This document shows positions 20,725 through 33,173 of a stretch of DNA of 64,000 nt, one piece after another. Location: NCBI GenBank assembly GCA_045561235.1, contig JBJKYB010000002.1, forward strand, positions 18,962-82,961, written 5' to 3'. The position numbers and the translations under genes were made by a program. Position 1 is the stretch's first letter. Every line of letters begins with the position of its first letter. The notes under the pieces are model-generated. The model was given only the letters and a program-made list of their open reading frames with translations, was not told where the DNA came from and ran no database searches. Source of the DNA: Gammaproteobacteria bacterium (GTDB lineage Bacteria; Pseudomonadota; Gammaproteobacteria; Poriferisulfidales; GCA-002705445).

Positions 20725-21726
20725 CTAAAACTTCTTCATCTGGTTGTCTTGGTCATTTAGGTTGCTTGGTGGCCAATTATCTAATTTCATTCCTAGACTC
20801 AAACCATATGTGCCTAGAATATCTTTAATTTCTGTGAGAGATTTTTTACCAAGATTTGGCGTTTTGAGTAATTCATTCTCACTACGTTGTATTAAATCTC
20901 CAATGTAATATACGTTTTCAGCTTTTAAACAATTTGCTGATCTTACTGTTAACTCTAAGTCATCTACGGGCCTTAATAGATTTGGATCAATTTCAGCCTC
21001 TACTTCTTTTTGTTCTGTTTCTTCAATTGCTTTAAGATCAACAAATACTGAAACCTGATCATGAAGAATTGTCGCAGCTTCTCTTATACATGCTTCTGGA
21101 TCAATGGTACCATCTGTTTCTAACTCAATAATCAACTTATCTAAATCTGTTCTTTGCTCTACCCTTGCAGAATCTACTTTATAAGAAACTTTTTTTATTG
21201 GGCTATAGCTTGCATCAACTAATAAAGAGCCCATTTTTCTATTTGTGTCATTTAACCTTTGTCCTGCAGATGAATAGCCAATACCTTCACTTACTTCAAT
21301 TTCCATGTTTAATTTTGATCCTTGTGTTGTAATATTTGCTATAACATGATCAGGATTTACTATTTCTATGTCACTTTTTAATTCAATATCTCCCGCAGTA
21401 ACTGGACCAATACCGCTCTTGGATAAGCTCAAAGTTGCAGATGAGTTTCCGTTCATCTTAAATGAAATATCTTTTAAATTTAACATTATATCTATAACAT
21501 CCTCTTGAATTCCTTCAATCGTACTGTATTCATGCTGCACCCCATCAATTGAAACTTCAGTTACAGATGATCCTACTATTGAAGATAGCATTATTCTTCT
21601 TAGTGCACTTCCCAAAGTATGTCCAAAGCCTCTCTCTAAGGGCTCAAGCGTTACCTTAGTTGTATTTAAAGCTACATCCTCAATATTAACTATTCTTGGT
21701 TTTAATAAATTATTATAATTTGACAC
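20725..21726 (-). CDS. rpoA: DNA-directed RNA polymerase subunit alpha
   Basis: 333 aa; alpha NTD/CTD conserved throughout. Confidence 0.97.
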   Translation of the reverse strand: MSNYNNLLKPRIVNIEDVALNTTKVTLEPLERGFGHTLGSALRRIMLSSIVGSSVTEVSIDGVQHEYSTIEGIQEDVIDIMLNLKDISFKMNGNSSATLSLSKSGIGPVTAGDIELKSDIEIVNPDHVIANITTQGSKLNMEIEVSEGIGYSSAGQRLNDTNRKMGSLLVDASYSPIKKVSYKVDSARVEQRTDLDKLIIELETDGTIDPEACIREAATILHDQVSVFVDLKAIEETEQKEVEAEIDPNLLRPVDDLELTVRSANCLKAENVYYIGDLIQRSENELLKTPNLGKKSLTEIKDILGTYGLSLGMKLDNWPPSNLNDQDNQMKKF

Positions 21727-21741
21727 AATATAATACCTCTT

Positions 21742-22365
21742 CTATTTAGAATATAATTCAACTACTAACGATTCATTTATATCTGAAGGTAAATCCATTC
21801 TTTCAGGTATAGACTTAAAAATTCCTTCCATTTTTTTACTATCTACAGTGATCCACGGTGAAATTGCGCCTAACTGATCACTCATTGCCAGTGCATCTTT
21901 GATTCTTATTTGATTCTTTGACTTTTCTTTAATAGATATCACATCATCAACTGATACCTGATAGGATGCAATATTAACTGTCATACCGTTTACTAAAACT
22001 GATTTATGACTAACAAGCTGTCTTGATTCTGCCCTTGTTACACCGAATCCCATTCTATAAACAACATTATCTAATCTTCTTTCTAAAATTTTTAGAAGAT
22101 TTTCTCCTGTTGAGCCATTTTGTCTAGCAGCTCTTTTATAATATAATCTGAATTGCTTCTCAAGCACACCATAAATTCTTTTAAGTTTTTGTTTTTCTCT
22201 TAATTGAAGACCATAATCAGAAAGTCTAGGTTTTTTATCAGCATGGTGTCCAGGCTGAGAATCAATTTTACATTTTGAATCAAGCGCCCTACTTTTACTT
22301 TTAAGCAAAAGGTCAACTCCTTCTCTTCTCATCAATTTACATTTTGGTCCGATATATCTTGCCAC
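21742..22365 (-). CDS. rpsD: 30S ribosomal protein S4
   Basis: 207 aa; [15 protein letters not shown]. Confidence 0.95.
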   Translation of the reverse strand: MARYIGPKCKLMRREGVDLLLKSKSRALDSKCKIDSQPGHHADKKPRLSDYGLQLREKQKLKRIYGVLEKQFRLYYKRAARQNGSTGENLLKILERRLDNVVYRMGFGVTRAESRQLVSHKSVLVNGMTVNIASYQVSVDDVISIKEKSKNQIRIKDALAMSDQLGAISPWITVDSKKMEGIFKSIPERMDLPSDINESLVVELYSK

Positions 22366-22368
22366 TTC

Positions 22369-22758
22369 TTACACTCTCCTTTTTTTTGGTGGTCTGCACC
22401 CATTATGGGGTATTGGAGTAACATCATTTATATCTGTAATTTTGTAGCCAATGTTATTTAAAGCTCTAACTGCCGACTCTCTTCCAGGCCCCGGTCCTTT
22501 CACTAAAACCACTAAATTTTTTAAACCATATTCTTTAGCTAAATTTCCAGCTTTCTCAGCAGCAACTTGAGCTGCAAATGGAGTACTTTTTCGAGAACCT
22601 CTAAATCCTGATCCACCAGCAGTTGCCCAACATAAGGTATTTCCTTGTCTATCTGTAATAGTAACTATTGTATTATTAAAAGTTGAATTAATTACAGCTA
22701 TTCCGTCAGATACAACTTTTTTAGTTTTCTTTTTAGTTTTTAAATTTGCCTTTGCCAT
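22369..22758 (-). CDS. rpsK: 30S ribosomal protein S11
   Basis: 129 aa; S11 signature. Confidence 0.95.
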   Translation of the reverse strand: MAKANLKTKKKTKKVVSDGIAVINSTFNNTIVTITDRQGNTLCWATAGGSGFRGSRKSTPFAAQVAAEKAGNLAKEYGLKNLVVLVKGPGPGRESAVRALNNIGYKITDINDVTPIPHNGCRPPKKRRV

Positions 22759-22771
22759 AAATAAATCCTAT

Positions 22772-23128
22772 TTATTTTCGTATTGCTTTTCTAGGGCCTT
22801 TCCTAGTTCTTGAATTATTTTTTGTTTTCTGTCCTCTTAACGGGAGTCCTTTTCTATGTCTAATTCCTCTGTAAGTCCCGAGATCCATAAGTCTTTTTAT
22901 GTTTAAAGTTACCTCTCTTCTAAGGTCACCTTCAATATTATATTTCGCAACCTGCGTTCTTAATGTTTCTAATTCTGCTTCTGTTAATTCTTTAATTTTT
23001 GCAGACGGTTTAATATTAGAAACTTTGCAAATGTCTTTAGCTCTTGTTGCACCAATACCATAAATCCCCTGCAAAGCAATTACAGTATGCTTATTATCTG
23101 ATACATTTATACCTGCTATTCTAGCCAT
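22772..23128 (-). CDS. rpsM: 30S ribosomal protein S13
   Basis: 118 aa; MARIAGINV. Confidence 0.95.
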   Translation of the reverse strand: MARIAGINVSDNKHTVIALQGIYGIGATRAKDICKVSNIKPSAKIKELTEAELETLRTQVAKYNIEGDLRREVTLNIKRLMDLGTYRGIRHRKGLPLRGQKTKNNSRTRKGPRKAIRK

Positions 23129-23186
23129 AAAATTTCTCGAAAAATGTTCTGTATTCTAACAATATGGTTAATTTCTTCAATCATTA

Positions 23187-23300
23187 TTATCCCTGCCTTT
23201 GTTTATGTCTTGGATTTATACATATAACTCTGATCACCCTATTTCTTCTTATGATCTTGCAATTACGACATATTTTTTTAACTGATGCCCTTACTTTCAT
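23187..23300 (-). CDS. rpmJ: 50S ribosomal protein L36
   Basis: Small ORF absent from the track, translated by hand on the minus strand: [37 protein letters not shown]. Its ATG overlaps the secY TGA (ATGA). Coordinates are +/-1. Confidence 0.85.
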   Translation of the reverse strand: MKVRASVKKICRNCKIIRRNRVIRVICINPRHKQRQG

Positions 23301-24571
23301 CTTTTATAACCTTGTAAATTTGATTTTTTCATTAAACTTCCATATTGATAATTCATCATATGTGACTGTAACTGGCCTATGAAATCCATAATAACTACTA
23401 CAATAATTAGCAAGGAAGTACCACCAAAATAAAATGGAACATTAAGACCGATTATTAAAAATTCTGGAAGTAAACATACTAAAGTTATGTAGATTGCCCC
23501 AACAGCTGTCAATCTAGTCAAAACATTATCTATATACCTAGAAGTTTGTTCTCCAGGGCGCACGCCAGGAATAGATGCTCCTGATTTTTTTAGATTATCA
23601 GAAGTTTCTCTTGAATCATAAACTAAAGCTGTATAAAAAAAGCAAAAGAAAATTATTGCGGCAGCATAAAATGTCACATATAAAGGCTGTCCAGGTGCTA
23701 AAGTTGAAGAAATGTCCTTTAACCAACTCATACTATCTGCCGAACCTGCCCACTGACCAAGTGTTGATGGAAATAATATTATACTTGAGGCAAAAATTGG
23801 GGGAATTACACCAGCCATATTCAATTTTAGTGGTAAATAGCTTGACTGAGCTTGAACCATTTTTCTTCCCTGTTGCCTTCTTGCATAATTTACAGTTATT
23901 TTTCTTTGTCCGCGCTCTATAAAAACTACGAAAGCAGTTACTGCAATAGCTAAAACTAAGATCATAACAACTAATGCAGAATTTAATTCCCCAGTACTTG
24001 CTAATTCTAAGGTTCCGCCGACAGCAGTCGGTAATCCTGAAACGATACTAATAAAAATGATTATTGATATTCCGTTTCCTATTCCTTTTTCTGATATTTG
24101 TTCGCCAAGCCACATCAAAAACATTGTTCCAGTTACAAGAGTAACTATTGTTGAAAAAACAAAGCCTGACCCACTATATAAGGCTATTCCTTGTGATTGC
24201 AATGCAACAGCAACTCCACCTGCTTGTAGTGTCGATAAACCTAGAGTTCCAAAGCGCGTATATTGCGTTATCTTTTTTCTACCAGACTCCCCTTGTTTCT
24301 TAATTTCTTTTAAAGCTGGCATGGTTGCAGACATTAATTGCATAATAATTGAAGCCGATATATACGGCATAATTCCAAGAGCAAGGATACTAAAACGTTC
24401 AAGTGCTCCCCCAGAAAACATATTAAACATATCTATAATTGTTCCACTTTGTTGTTCGAAAAACGAAGCCAAGGCTGCAGGATTTATTCCAGGAACAGGT
24501 ATATACGTTCCGATTCTATACACTAGAATTGCACCAAAAACAAAAAATAGTCTTTTTCTTAGTTCTTCCAT
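23297..24571 (-). CDS. secY: preprotein translocase subunit SecY
   Basis: 424 aa, 10 TM, SecY signature. Confidence 0.97.
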   Translation of the reverse strand: MEELRKRLFFVFGAILVYRIGTYIPVPGINPAALASFFEQQSGTIIDMFNMFSGGALERFSILALGIMPYISASIIMQLMSATMPALKEIKKQGESGRKKITQYTRFGTLGLSTLQAGGVAVALQSQGIALYSGSGFVFSTIVTLVTGTMFLMWLGEQISEKGIGNGISIIIFISIVSGLPTAVGGTLELASTGELNSALVVMILVLAIAVTAFVVFIERGQRKITVNYARRQQGRKMVQAQSSYLPLKLNMAGVIPPIFASSIILFPSTLGQWAGSADSMSWLKDISSTLAPGQPLYVTFYAAAIIFFCFFYTALVYDSRETSDNLKKSGASIPGVRPGEQTSRYIDNVLTRLTAVGAIYITLVCLLPEFLIIGLNVPFYFGGTSLLIIVVVIMDFIGQLQSHMMNYQYGSLMKKSNLQGYKR

Positions 24572-24578
24572 AATAATA

Positions 24579-25004
24579 TTATTTTATTTTACCACCTAAA
24601 TCTTCAATAACTTTTCTAGCCCCTTTTGTTACGCTAATCCCATTTAAGTTAATTTTATTTTTTAATTGCCCAGAAAGAAAAACCTTTACATCTTTTGCTT
24701 TTTGCGAAATTATTCTTTTTTCTTTCAAAGTCTCAATTGTAATATTTTCATTCCCTTCAAATTCTAATTCACCTAGTCTTACTCTAGCAGTGCTATTCTT
24801 TCTTGACGTAAAACCAACTTTAGGTAATCTTCTTTGTAAAGGCATTTGACCACCCTCAAATCCAGTTTTATGATATCCTCCAGCTCGTGACTTCTGCCCT
24901 TTATGCCCTCTGCCAGAGGTTTTGCCATTCCCTGAACCAATACCTCGTCCAACCCTTTTTGGGTTTTTCTTTTTTACTTCGGGCGCTATTGTGTTAAGTT
25001 CCAT
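24579..25004 (-). CDS. rplO: 50S ribosomal protein L15
   Basis: 141 aa; Gly/Arg-rich L15 N-terminus. Confidence 0.95.
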   Translation of the reverse strand: MELNTIAPEVKKKNPKRVGRGIGSGNGKTSGRGHKGQKSRAGGYHKTGFEGGQMPLQRRLPKVGFTSRKNSTARVRLGELEFEGNENITIETLKEKRIISQKAKDVKVFLSGQLKNKINLNGISVTKGARKVIEDLGGKIK

Positions 25005-25006
25005 GA

Positions 25007-25183
25007 TTATTTCTCAATTTTTAATAAATAATTAATTTTGTTAATCATTCCCCAATTTTCAGGAGTATCATTTACTTCAATTGTTTTATGTATTTTTTTA
25101 ATACCAAGCCCTCTAGCACATGCTTGATGAGCCTTTAACCTTCCGGACAAGCTTTTAATTAAAGTGACTTTAATCTTTGGCAT
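25007..25183 (-). CDS. rpmD: 50S ribosomal protein L30
   Basis: 58 aa ORF missing from the track, translated by hand: [58 protein letters not shown]. It overlaps the rpsE 3' end by 14 bp. Confidence 0.8.
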   Translation of the reverse strand: MPKIKVTLIKSLSGRLKAHQACARGLGIKKIHKTIEVNDTPENWGMINKINYLLKIEK

Positions 25184-25697
25184 TTTCTACACCCAATATA
25201 TGCTCTAGTTTTTTACCACGTTTGTTTGAGACATACTGTGGAGACTGAACAGATCTTAATCCATTTATAGTTGCTTTTACTATATTAATTGGATTTGTAG
25301 TTCCAATACATTTTGCCAAGACATTATTGATACCTACAACTTCAAATACTGCTCTCATTGCTCCACCAGCAATTATTCCTGTACCTTCTGATGCAGGTTG
25401 CATGTAGACTCTAGCGGCACCGTGAGTTCCAACTAACGGGTAATGTAAAGTGCTATTAATTATTGAAACTTTTGTCATATCTTTTCTTGCCTTTTCCATT
25501 GCTTTTTGAATTGCTAGCGGCACTTCTTTAGCTTTACCGTAGCCATATCCTATTCTACCATTCCCATCGCCGACAACAGTTAGAGCAGTAAAGCCAAACT
25601 GCCTACCACCTTTAACAACTTTCGCAACTCTGTTAACTTTTACAAGTTTTTCTAATAATTCTTCACTACCTTGGTATTTATCTATATTTGTCGACAT
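25170..25697 (-). CDS. rpsE: 30S ribosomal protein S5
   Basis: 175 aa; S5 dsRBD and C-terminal domain. Confidence 0.95.
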   Translation of the reverse strand: MSTNIDKYQGSEELLEKLVKVNRVAKVVKGGRQFGFTALTVVGDGNGRIGYGYGKAKEVPLAIQKAMEKARKDMTKVSIINSTLHYPLVGTHGAARVYMQPASEGTGIIAGGAMRAVFEVVGINNVLAKCIGTTNPINIVKATINGLRSVQSPQYVSNKRGKKLEHILGVENAKD

Positions 25698-25708
25698 TTT
25701 TCTCTCTA

Positions 25709-26059
25709 TTAAAATTTTAATCCACTATTTCTTGCAGACTCAGCAAGCGCTTTTATTCTTCCGTGATAATTGAAGCCACTTCTATCAAATGCAACTTCGG
25801 TTACATTTTTTTCAATTGCTCTCTCTGCTATTATCTTTCCTATGATTTTTGCAGTTTCAATATTTCCTGTATGAACCTTATCTTTAACAATACTTTTTTC
25901 TAATGTGCTAGCAGACGCTATAATATCTCCTTTAGGAGAAAATAGTTGTGCATAAGTATGCATAGTTGTTTTAAACACTGAAAGTCTGTGTTTCTCTCCA
26001 GGTCTAATCTTTGCCCTAATTTTTCTTGCAGACTTAAGCCTTGCTAATTTATTTTTCAT
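25709..26059 (-). CDS. rplR: 50S ribosomal protein L18
   Basis: 116 aa; ...FDRSGF.YHGR..AL....R..GL.F. Confidence 0.95.
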   Translation of the reverse strand: MKNKLARLKSARKIRAKIRPGEKHRLSVFKTTMHTYAQLFSPKGDIIASASTLEKSIVKDKVHTGNIETAKIIGKIIAERAIEKNVTEVAFDRSGFNYHGRIKALAESARNSGLKF

Positions 26060-26061
26060 CT

Positions 26062-26586
26062 TTATTTCTTTTTCGCCTCTTTTCTAATTATATTTTCATC
26101 GCTATATTTCACACCCTTCCCTTTATATGGCTCTGGTGGCCTAAAAGCTCTGATTTCTGAAGATACTTGGCCAACTCTTTGCTTATTAATACCTTTTACT
26201 ATAATTTCTGTCGGCGAAGGTGTAGTAATATCAATTTCGCTTTCATACTCATAAATAACAGGATGAGAAAATCCTAAAGCTAAATGCAACTGTTTATTTT
26301 TAACTTCGGCTTTATATCCAACACCAACTAAATTTAGCTTTCTTTCATAACCCTCACTGACGCCTACAATATTATTATTTATAAGTGACCTCATCGTCCC
26401 AGCCATAGCGCTATTTTTTTCATTTATTTCAAACGTAATAGAACTATCGTTTTTATTTATTTTTACACTTTCATGCAAATCCATTGTCATTTCGCCCTTT
26501 GGGCCTTTGAATGAAATCAAACGATCTTTAATAGTGACATCTACACCATTTGGAATTTCAACAGGTTGTTTCGCTATTCTTGACAA
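26062..26586 (-). CDS. rplF: 50S ribosomal protein L6
   Basis: 174 aa; MSRIAKQPVEIP. Confidence 0.95.
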   Translation of the reverse strand: MSRIAKQPVEIPNGVDVTIKDRLISFKGPKGEMTMDLHESVKINKNDSSITFEINEKNSAMAGTMRSLINNNIVGVSEGYERKLNLVGVGYKAEVKNKQLHLALGFSHPVIYEYESEIDITTPSPTEIIVKGINKQRVGQVSSEIRAFRPPEPYKGKGVKYSDENIIRKEAKKK

Positions 26587-26590
26587 TTTA

Positions 26591-26989
26591 TTACTCCACA
26601 GTACATATTATTTCACCACCAAAATTTAGCTTTCTTGCAGTATCAGCTGTCATTACTCCTTTAGAAGTTGAAACTATTGCTACACCAAGACCATTCAATA
26701 CTTTTGGAAGATCACTTTTGCTTTTATATATTCTTAAACTTGGTTTACTTATTCTTTTAATATTGTTAATAACTGGTTTTCCTTGAAAATATTTTAATTT
26801 TATTTTTAATCTTTTTTTATTATTTTCTATTTCTTTTACCTCATAATCTAATATATATCCCTCATCTTTTAATACCGAAAGAATCGATTCCTTTGTTTTT
26901 GACATATTTGTACAAACAAATGTCTTTTTAACCATTTGCCCGTTTCTTATAATTGTAAGCATTGCTGCTATTGGATCACTCATGCTCAT
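26591..26989 (-). CDS. rpsH: 30S ribosomal protein S8
   Basis: 132 aa; [17 protein letters not shown]. Confidence 0.95.
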   Translation of the reverse strand: MSMSDPIAAMLTIIRNGQMVKKTFVCTNMSKTKESILSVLKDEGYILDYEVKEIENNKKRLKIKLKYFQGKPVINNIKRISKPSLRIYKSKSDLPKVLNGLGVAIVSTSKGVMTADTARKLNFGGEIICTVE

Positions 26990-27002
26990 AAAATTTTCTC
27001 CG

Positions 27003-27308
27003 CTACCAGCTAGCCTTAACTAGACCTGGAATATCTCCTCTCATTGCTGCCTCTCTAACTTTAATTCTTCCTAAACCAAATTTTCTATAAAACCCTTTGG
27101 GCCTTCCCGTTATAGCACACCTATTTGTTACTCTACTTGCACTTGAATCACGTGGTAGTTTTTGAAGTTTCTCTGATGCCGCTAGCTTCTCTTCTATTGA
27201 TGCACCTTGACTATTTAAAATATCTTTTAAAGCTTTTCTTTTTTTAAATAATTTTTTACTTAATTTTATTCTTTTCTTTTCTCTCTCTACCATTGATGCT
27301 TTTGCCAT
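27003..27308 (-). CDS. rpsN: 30S ribosomal protein S14
   Basis: 101 aa long-form S14. Confidence 0.95.
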   Translation of the reverse strand: MAKASMVEREKKRIKLSKKLFKKRKALKDILNSQGASIEEKLAASEKLQKLPRDSSASRVTNRCAITGRPKGFYRKFGLGRIKVREAAMRGDIPGLVKASW

Positions 27309-27310
27309 AT

Positions 27311-27853
27311 CTATCTCCTAAAAGGGAAGTTAAATTCTTCAAGTAGTAATTTAGCCTCTTCATCATTTTTTGCAGAAGTTGTGATGGCTATATCTAGGCC
27401 TCTGATACTATCTATCTTCTCATAATCAATCTCAGGAAATATAATTTGCTCTTTAATTCCTAGTGTATAATTTCCTCTTCCGTCAAATGCCTTTTTGGAG
27501 AAACCTCTGAAATCTCTGATCCTAGGTATTGCAACAGTTATTAAGCGGTCTAGAAACTCATACATTCTATCTTTTCTTAAAGTAACTTTGCAGCCAATTG
27601 GCATTCCTTCTCTTAAACTAAAAGCAGCTATAGATTTTTTAGCCTTTGTTACTATTGGCTTTTGTCCAGTTATTTTTTCTATATCTCCAGCTGCCTGCTC
27701 AACAACCTTCTTGTCTTTAACAGCTTCGCCAAGTCCAACGTTAATTGTTATTTTTTTTATTGACGGAATTTCCATTGAGGATTTATATTTCATTTTTTCT
27801 TGCAATGAAATTTTTATTTCTTCGTCATATATTTTTTTTAGTCTACTACTCAT
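27311..27853 (-). CDS. rplE: 50S ribosomal protein L5
   Basis: 180 aa. Confidence 0.95.
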   Translation of the reverse strand: MSSRLKKIYDEEIKISLQEKMKYKSSMEIPSIKKITINVGLGEAVKDKKVVEQAAGDIEKITGQKPIVTKAKKSIAAFSLREGMPIGCKVTLRKDRMYEFLDRLITVAIPRIRDFRGFSKKAFDGRGNYTLGIKEQIIFPEIDYEKIDSIRGLDIAITTSAKNDEEAKLLLEEFNFPFRR

Positions 27854-28167
27854 AAGTCAATTTGTTCTCCAGTAGATTTAAACACTCTTACTTTTTTATC
27901 GTTTTTCAACTTAAGAACTCCTACTCTATCTGGTTTTTTTGTTTTTGAATTATAGATCATTACGTTCGATGCATGAATTGGCATCTCTTTTTCAACAACG
28001 CCTCCAGTCTCATTTTTATTTGGATTTGGTTTAACATGCTTCTTAGCTAAATTAATTCCGTCAACTAGAATACGTTCTTCACTTACAATTTGTGACACTA
28101 CTCCTAACTTTCCTTTATCTTTGCCAGAAATTATATAAACTTGATCTCCCTTTTTTAATCTATTCAT
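27850..28167 (-). CDS. rplX: 50S ribosomal protein L24
   Basis: 105 aa; KKGDQV.II.GKDKGK. Confidence 0.95.
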   Translation of the reverse strand: MNRLKKGDQVYIISGKDKGKLGVVSQIVSEERILVDGINLAKKHVKPNPNKNETGGVVEKEMPIHASNVMIYNSKTKKPDRVGVLKLKNDKKVRVFKSTGEQIDL

Positions 28168-28178
28168 AATTTCCTTTC

Positions 28179-28547
28179 CTATAAAACTTCCGGAGCTAAT
28201 GAAATAATTTTCATAAATTTTTCGTTTCTCAATTCTCTAGTTACTGGACCAAATATTCTTGTTCCAATTGGCTGTAATTGTGCATTTAACAATACTGCTG
28301 CATTGGTATCAAATTTTATCAAAGAGCCATCATTTCTTCTTACTCCCTTTGCAGTTCTAACGACAACTGCATTTAAAACTTCACCTTTTTTTACTTTTCC
28401 TCTTGGTATAGCACTTTGGACACTGATTTTTATTACATCACCAATTTTTGCATATCTTCTTTTAGATCCACCAAGCACTTTTATGCACTGGATCTTTTTT
28501 GCTCCACTATTATCTGCTGCCGTCAGTACTGTTTGAACTTGAATCAT
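28179..28547 (-). CDS. rplN: 50S ribosomal protein L14
   Basis: The track ORF (to 28586) is extended at the N-terminus. The true start is the MIQVQT... Met at about 28547 (122 aa), which abuts rpsQ. Confidence 0.93.
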   Translation of the reverse strand: MIQVQTVLTAADNSGAKKIQCIKVLGGSKRRYAKIGDVIKISVQSAIPRGKVKKGEVLNAVVVRTAKGVRRNDGSLIKFDTNAAVLLNAQLQPIGTRIFGPVTRELRNEKFMKIISLAPEVL

Positions 28548-28810
28548 TAATTCTCCTTGCTTCCTAAAATATCGATAAGTTTCCATGATTTATCCTTAGA
28601 AATAGGTCTAACCTCTGCGATAGTTACTATATCTCCCATCTTACATTTATTATCTTCATCATGAATCTTATATTTAATTGATTTTTTGACATATTTCCCA
28701 TATTTTGGGTGCTTGACTTTTCTTTCAAAAAGAACAACTGCAGTTTTATCCATTTTGTCACTCACCACTGTTCCAGTAAGTGTTTTAATTTTATTATTAT
28801 GTTCCATCAC
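28547..28810 (-). CDS. rpsQ: 30S ribosomal protein S17
   Basis: 87 aa. Confidence 0.95.
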   Translation of the reverse strand: MMEHNNKIKTLTGTVVSDKMDKTAVVLFERKVKHPKYGKYVKKSIKYKIHDEDNKCKMGDIVTIAEVRPISKDKSWKLIDILGSKEN

Positions 28811-28997
28811 TCAACCTTTTCTCATTAATAATAGTTTTTATCAAGGCAATATTTTTTTTTGACTGTCTTACCATTCTATGTGTAGGTAACTGACCAGTAG
28901 TTAATTGCATTTTAAGCTTGAAGTATTCCAAGCTAGTTTCATCTAATAGCTTGATTAATTCTTCAACTGACTTTTCTCTTATTTCTTTTGCAATCAT
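28797..28997 (-). CDS. rpmC: 50S ribosomal protein L29
   Basis: 66 aa. Confidence 0.93.
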   Translation of the reverse strand: MIAKEIREKSVEELIKLLDETSLEYFKLKMQLTTGQLPTHRMVRQSKKNIALIKTIINEKRLSDGT

Positions 28998-29006
28998 TAT
29001 GTTTAC

Positions 29007-29420
29007 CTACATTATTGTTCTAATAACAAACTGTGTTTGAAATGGAAGTTTCGCAGCTGCTAGTTTAAATGCTTGCCTTGCAACATTTTCTTCAACACCT
29101 TCCATTTCATAAAGTACTTTTCCAGGTTGAATTTTTGCAACCCAATACTCTACGTTTCCTTTACCTTTGCCTTGTCTAACCTCAAGAGGTTTCTTGGTTA
29201 TAGGTACATCTGGAAATACTCTAATCCAAACTTTTCCACCTCTTTTTATATGTCTTGTCATTGCTCTTCTCGCTGACTCTATTTGCCTAGCAGTCAATCT
29301 TCCTCTACTAGTTGCTTTTAATCCAAACTCACCAAAACTTACTTTTGACCCTCTCAAAGCTAAGCCTCTATTTTTACCTTTTTGTTGCTTACGGTATTTT
29401 GTTTTTTTTGGTTGAAGCAT
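29007..29420 (-). CDS. rplP: 50S ribosomal protein L16
   Basis: 137 aa; [15 protein letters not shown]. Confidence 0.95.
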   Translation of the reverse strand: MLQPKKTKYRKQQKGKNRGLALRGSKVSFGEFGLKATSRGRLTARQIESARRAMTRHIKRGGKVWIRVFPDVPITKKPLEVRQGKGKGNVEYWVAKIQPGKVLYEMEGVEENVARQAFKLAAAKLPFQTQFVIRTIM

Positions 29421-29424
29421 TTAC

Positions 29425-30087
29425 TTATTTTCCTTTATCTTGAGTTGATTCATCCTCTGTTTCGCCACTATAAATCCATGTCTTAATACCTATAATTCCA
29501 TATGTTGTCATCGCTTCAGCAAAACCATAATCAATTTTTGCTTTTAGGGTGTGTAGCGGAACTCTCCCTTCTCTATACCATTCTGATCTTGCAATTTCAG
29601 CTCCATTTAATCTTCCTGCAATGTTAACTTTAATTCCTAAAACTCCAAGCCTCATAGAATTTTGTACTGCTCTTTTCATTGCCCTTCTATACATTATTCT
29701 TCTTTCAAGCTGCGATGCTATTCCTTCAGCGACGAGTTGGGCATCAACTTCTGGCTTTCTGATTTCTTCAATATTTATTTTCACGTTGTTTAAATTTAAA
29801 TCCATCATAGATGCTACTTTTTTTCTTAATACTTCAACGTCTTCACCTTTTTTACCTATTACTATCCCAGGCCTTGCTGTGTGTATAGTTATTTCTGCTG
29901 CTTTTGTAGGTCTTTCAATCGTTATTTTGCTGACAGATGCCTGAGAAAGTTTCTTCTTTAAAAAATCTTTAACCATTAAATCTTTCAATAAAAAATCAGG
30001 ATATTCTTTACCTTCAGCATACCATTTAGATGTATGCTCAGTTGAAACTCCTAATCTAAAACCTATTGGATGTACTTTTTGTCCCAT
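29425..30087 (-). CDS. rpsC: 30S ribosomal protein S3
   Basis: 220 aa; [13 protein letters not shown]. Confidence 0.95.
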   Translation of the reverse strand: MGQKVHPIGFRLGVSTEHTSKWYAEGKEYPDFLLKDLMVKDFLKKKLSQASVSKITIERPTKAAEITIHTARPGIVIGKKGEDVEVLRKKVASMMDLNLNNVKINIEEIRKPEVDAQLVAEGIASQLERRIMYRRAMKRAVQNSMRLGVLGIKVNIAGRLNGAEIARSEWYREGRVPLHTLKAKIDYGFAEAMTTYGIIGIKTWIYSGETEDESTQDKGK

Positions 30088-30092
30088 AATAT

Positions 30093-30425
30093 TTACTCGT
30101 CTGATAAACCTATTGTAATATGACTTGATCTCTTCAAAATTCTATTTGCGCTACCTTTGGCTCTAGCCCTAAATCTTTTAAGCGTTGGCCCAACATTTAC
30201 AAAAACAGTTTTGACCGTTAATGTATCTATATCTGCACCATTATTATGTTCAGCATTTGCTATTGCAGATTCTAAAACTTTTTTTACAATTCCAGAACTT
30301 TTCTGTTTGCTATAATTTAATATATCTAAAGCATCTGATACTTTTTTTCCTCTTATTGTATCGACTATTAGTCTACATTTTTGAGGAGACACTCTTATGT
30401 ATTTTAAATTTGCTTTAACTTCCAT
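30093..30425 (-). CDS. rplV: 50S ribosomal protein L22
   Basis: 110 aa. Confidence 0.95.
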   Translation of the reverse strand: MEVKANLKYIRVSPQKCRLIVDTIRGKKVSDALDILNYSKQKSSGIVKKVLESAIANAEHNNGADIDTLTVKTVFVNVGPTLKRFRARAKGSANRILKRSSHITIGLSDE

Positions 30426-30697
30426 TATTTTGCCTTCCTATCTCCAGAATGTCCTTTAAATGTTCTTGTTATTGAAAACTCACCTAATTTATGGCCTACC
30501 ATATTTTCTGATATTAATACTGGTATATGTTGTCTACCATTGTGCACAGCTATGGTCAAACCAACCATTTCAGGAACTACCATTGATCTCCTAGACCAAG
30601 TTTTTATTGGCTTTTTATTATTATTTTTTACAGCATCATCAACTTTTTTCATTAAATGATGATCTATAAATGGTCCTTTTTTTAGTGATCGTGACAT
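30425..30697 (-). CDS. rpsS: 30S ribosomal protein S19
   Basis: 90 aa; [10 protein letters not shown]. Confidence 0.95.
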   Translation of the reverse strand: MSRSLKKGPFIDHHLMKKVDDAVKNNNKKPIKTWSRRSMVVPEMVGLTIAVHNGRQHIPVLISENMVGHKLGEFSITRTFKGHSGDRKAK

Positions 30698-30710
30698 TAT
30701 ATTTCTTTAC

Positions 30711-31532
30711 CTATTTTTTCTTTTTAATAATTAAATGATCTGTTCTTTTGTTAGATCTTGTTTTAAAACCTTTTGTCGGCGTTCCCCATGGTGATACTGG
30801 ATGTCTCCCCCCAGAGGTCTTGCCCTCTCCGCCACCATGCGGATGATCAACCGGATTCATAGCAACTCCTCTAACTGTTGGCCTTACACCTCTCCATCTT
30901 TTGGCCCCGGCTTTACCAAGTTTCGCTAAATTATGTTCTGGATTTGAAACTTCACCGATTGTGGCCACACATTCCTGAGGAATCTTTCTCATTTGGCCAG
31001 AACGAAGCCTAATTAATGCATATGGTCCATCCTTTGCAACTAGTTGCACAGATGCACCAGCACTTCTTGCAATTTGCGCGCCTTTGTTTGGTTTCATTTC
31101 TACGCAATGAATACTAGTACCTAGTGGAATTTGACTTAATGGCATGCAGTTACCAATTTTAATAGGGACATTTTTTCCAGATTGAATTTCATCTCCAACT
31201 TTTAACTTATTAGGTGCGATTATATATCTTCTCTCTCCATCGCTGTATAAAACCAACATTATATGCGCTGACCTATTTGGGTCATATTCTAGTCTTTCAA
31301 TCTTGCCTAAAACATCATGTTTATTTCTCTTGAAATCAATAACCCTATATTTTTGCTTGTGTCCACCACCAACATGTCTAGTTGTGATTTTACCACTATT
31401 ATTTCTTCCGCCTGTTTTAGACTTCTTCTCAAGAAGTTTAGAATATGGCTTACCTTTATGCAGACCTTCTGTCTTAACACTAACTGTAAATCTTTTTCCT
31501 GGGGAAGTAGGTTTTTGTAATATTGTAGCCAT
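30711..31532 (-). CDS. rplB: 50S ribosomal protein L2
   Basis: 273 aa. Confidence 0.97.
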   Translation of the reverse strand: MATILQKPTSPGKRFTVSVKTEGLHKGKPYSKLLEKKSKTGGRNNSGKITTRHVGGGHKQKYRVIDFKRNKHDVLGKIERLEYDPNRSAHIMLVLYSDGERRYIIAPNKLKVGDEIQSGKNVPIKIGNCMPLSQIPLGTSIHCVEMKPNKGAQIARSAGASVQLVAKDGPYALIRLRSGQMRKIPQECVATIGEVSNPEHNLAKLGKAGAKRWRGVRPTVRGVAMNPVDHPHGGGEGKTSGGRHPVSPWGTPTKGFKTRSNKRTDHLIIKKKK

Positions 31533-31534
31533 AT

Positions 31535-31831
31535 TTAGCTAGCTCCTCCTAAATCAATATCCTGTCCTTCTCTCAATGTGACGTAAGCTTTTTTATAATT
31601 TTTTCTTCTACCAAGTGTTCTTCCAAAAACCTTTTTCTTGCCTTTGACAGTTAGTATATTTACTTTAATAACCTCTACATCAAACAATTTTTCAATTGCT
31701 TCCTTGACATCATTCTTTGAAGCATTTGAAGCTACCTTAAAGGTTTGTTGTTTTACATTATCGGCTATCATCACAGATTTTTCTGAAACGTGAGGCATTA
31801 ATATAACTTTTGATAATCTATTAGTGTCCAT
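31535..31831 (-). CDS. rplW: 50S ribosomal protein L23
   Basis: The track ORF is extended at the N-terminus into rplD. The likely start is [11 protein letters not shown] (about 98 aa), immediately after the rplD stop. Confidence 0.9.
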   Translation of the reverse strand: MDTNRLSKVILMPHVSEKSVMIADNVKQQTFKVASNASKNDVKEAIEKLFDVEVIKVNILTVKGKKKVFGRTLGRRKNYKKAYVTLREGQDIDLGGAS

Positions 31832-31832
31832 A

Positions 31833-32441
31833 CTATGCTCCAAATCTTTTTTCAAAACTCTTAAGAGCTTCTTTAACAATAAGAATTTTTTTGTAAGATA
31901 ACATAAGAGGAGGATCTAAATAATCAACTGTAGCTATACCTACATCCTTAATATTTCTTGCTGATAAAAAAAGTTTTTCGTCAATCTCATTTGTAATTAT
32001 TAAAACGGAAGAAAGATCATACTGTTGAAGAATTTTGTTCATTTCTTTAGTTTTGATATCTTTTAAGTCAATTTTTTCTATTGCGACCACTCTATTTGTT
32101 CTAAGAAGTTCGGACATTATAGATTTCATTGCAACGTTATACATTTTTTTATTAATTTTTTCTGAGAAATTTCTTTTTCCAGAAGCAAATGTTACACCAC
32201 CACCTCTCCATATTGGGCCACGTGTTGTTCCTGCCCTAGCTCTACCAGTTCCTTTTTGTCTCCATGGTTTTTTACCGCCACCTCTTACCTCTGATCTATT
32301 CTTCTGAGAGCTATAGTTCTCTCTGCCATTTGAAAAATATGAGGTTATTACTTGATGAATTAAAGTTTTTTTATACTCAACGTCGAAGCAATTATCTGGT
32401 AATTGTACTATTACATTATTTGGTAAAATATTTATTTCCAT
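31833..32441 (-). CDS. rplD: 50S ribosomal protein L4
   Basis: 202 aa. Confidence 0.95.
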   Translation of the reverse strand: MEINILPNNVIVQLPDNCFDVEYKKTLIHQVITSYFSNGRENYSSQKNRSEVRGGGKKPWRQKGTGRARAGTTRGPIWRGGGVTFASGKRNFSEKINKKMYNVAMKSIMSELLRTNRVVAIEKIDLKDIKTKEMNKILQQYDLSSVLIITNEIDEKLFLSARNIKDVGIATVDYLDPPLMLSYKKILIVKEALKSFEKRFGA

Positions 32442-33088
32442 TAGTCTTTACCTTTTTTTCTTTTTGCTGATTGGGTTACTTCTACTATTCTGCCTTTAAA
32501 TCCTGGAACAGCGCCCTTAACTAAAATTATTTTTTTATCTGCATCAATTTTTACTATTTGAAGATTTTTTCTAGTAACCATTACATCTCCCATTTGACCA
32601 GCCATTTTTTTTCCTTTGAAAACTCTGCCTGGAAACTGACACTGCCCAGTAGAGCCTGGAGTTCGGTGAGAAATTGAATTACCATGTGTTGCGTCCTTAC
32701 CCTTAAAATTATGTCGTTTTATTGTCCCAGCAAAACCTTTACCTTTAGACCTTGAGCGAACATTAACATAAGCGCCTTCTTCAAAATGTGTTGCTTCAAA
32801 TTTTTGACCAACTTCAACTTCTGAAGTGTCGTCAACTCTAAATTCTTTAGTATTTCTTTGGGGTGGAAGATTATTTTTTTTAAAATGCCCTAATTGGGGT
32901 TTGTTTGTTTTTGATTCTTTTTGTTCTAAAGAAGAGATTTGAAGAGCGTTATAACCATGCGTATCCACATTCTTTATCATTGAAACCAAATTTGTTTCAA
33001 TTTTTAAGACTGTTACAGGAATAGATTGGCCATTCTCATTGAATACCCTAGTCATGCCGATTTTTTTGCCTAATAAGCCTATACTCAT
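32441..33088 (-). CDS. rplC: 50S ribosomal protein L3
   Basis: 215 aa; MSIGLLGKKIGMTR. Confidence 0.95.
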   Translation of the reverse strand: MSIGLLGKKIGMTRVFNENGQSIPVTVLKIETNLVSMIKNVDTHGYNALQISSLEQKESKTNKPQLGHFKKNNLPPQRNTKEFRVDDTSEVEVGQKFEATHFEEGAYVNVRSRSKGKGFAGTIKRHNFKGKDATHGNSISHRTPGSTGQCQFPGRVFKGKKMAGQMGDVMVTRKNLQIVKIDADKKIILVKGAVPGFKGRIVEVTQSAKRKKGKD

Positions 33089-33105
33089 TTAATTCTCTTC
33101 TAAAT

Positions 33106-33173
33106 GTAAAAATAAAAAAGCCTAGGCAATAAAAGCTATAACCTAGACTATCTAAGTAAGTTTGCTGATTATA
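33106..33173 (-). promoter_or_regulatory. structured rpsJ-rplC spacer: TATAAT box followed by hairpin plus T-tract (terminator/attenuator-like)
   Basis: Minus strand: TATAAT at 33168-33173, then AGUCUAGG...CCUAGGCU imperfect hairpin (33119-33149), then UUUUUUAUUUUU (33106-33118), then a purine-rich SD before the rplC ATG. Confidence 0.4.

Noticed and set aside
23164-23382. 72-aa plus-strand ORF between rpsM and secY
   Set aside because: The region is occupied on the minus strand by rpmJ (L36), which translates to a textbook L36 sequence.
23129-24578. adk / infA between secY and rpsM
   Set aside because: Not present; only rpmJ occupies the gap. This rules out an alphaproteobacterial-type layout and supports a beta/gamma-type one.
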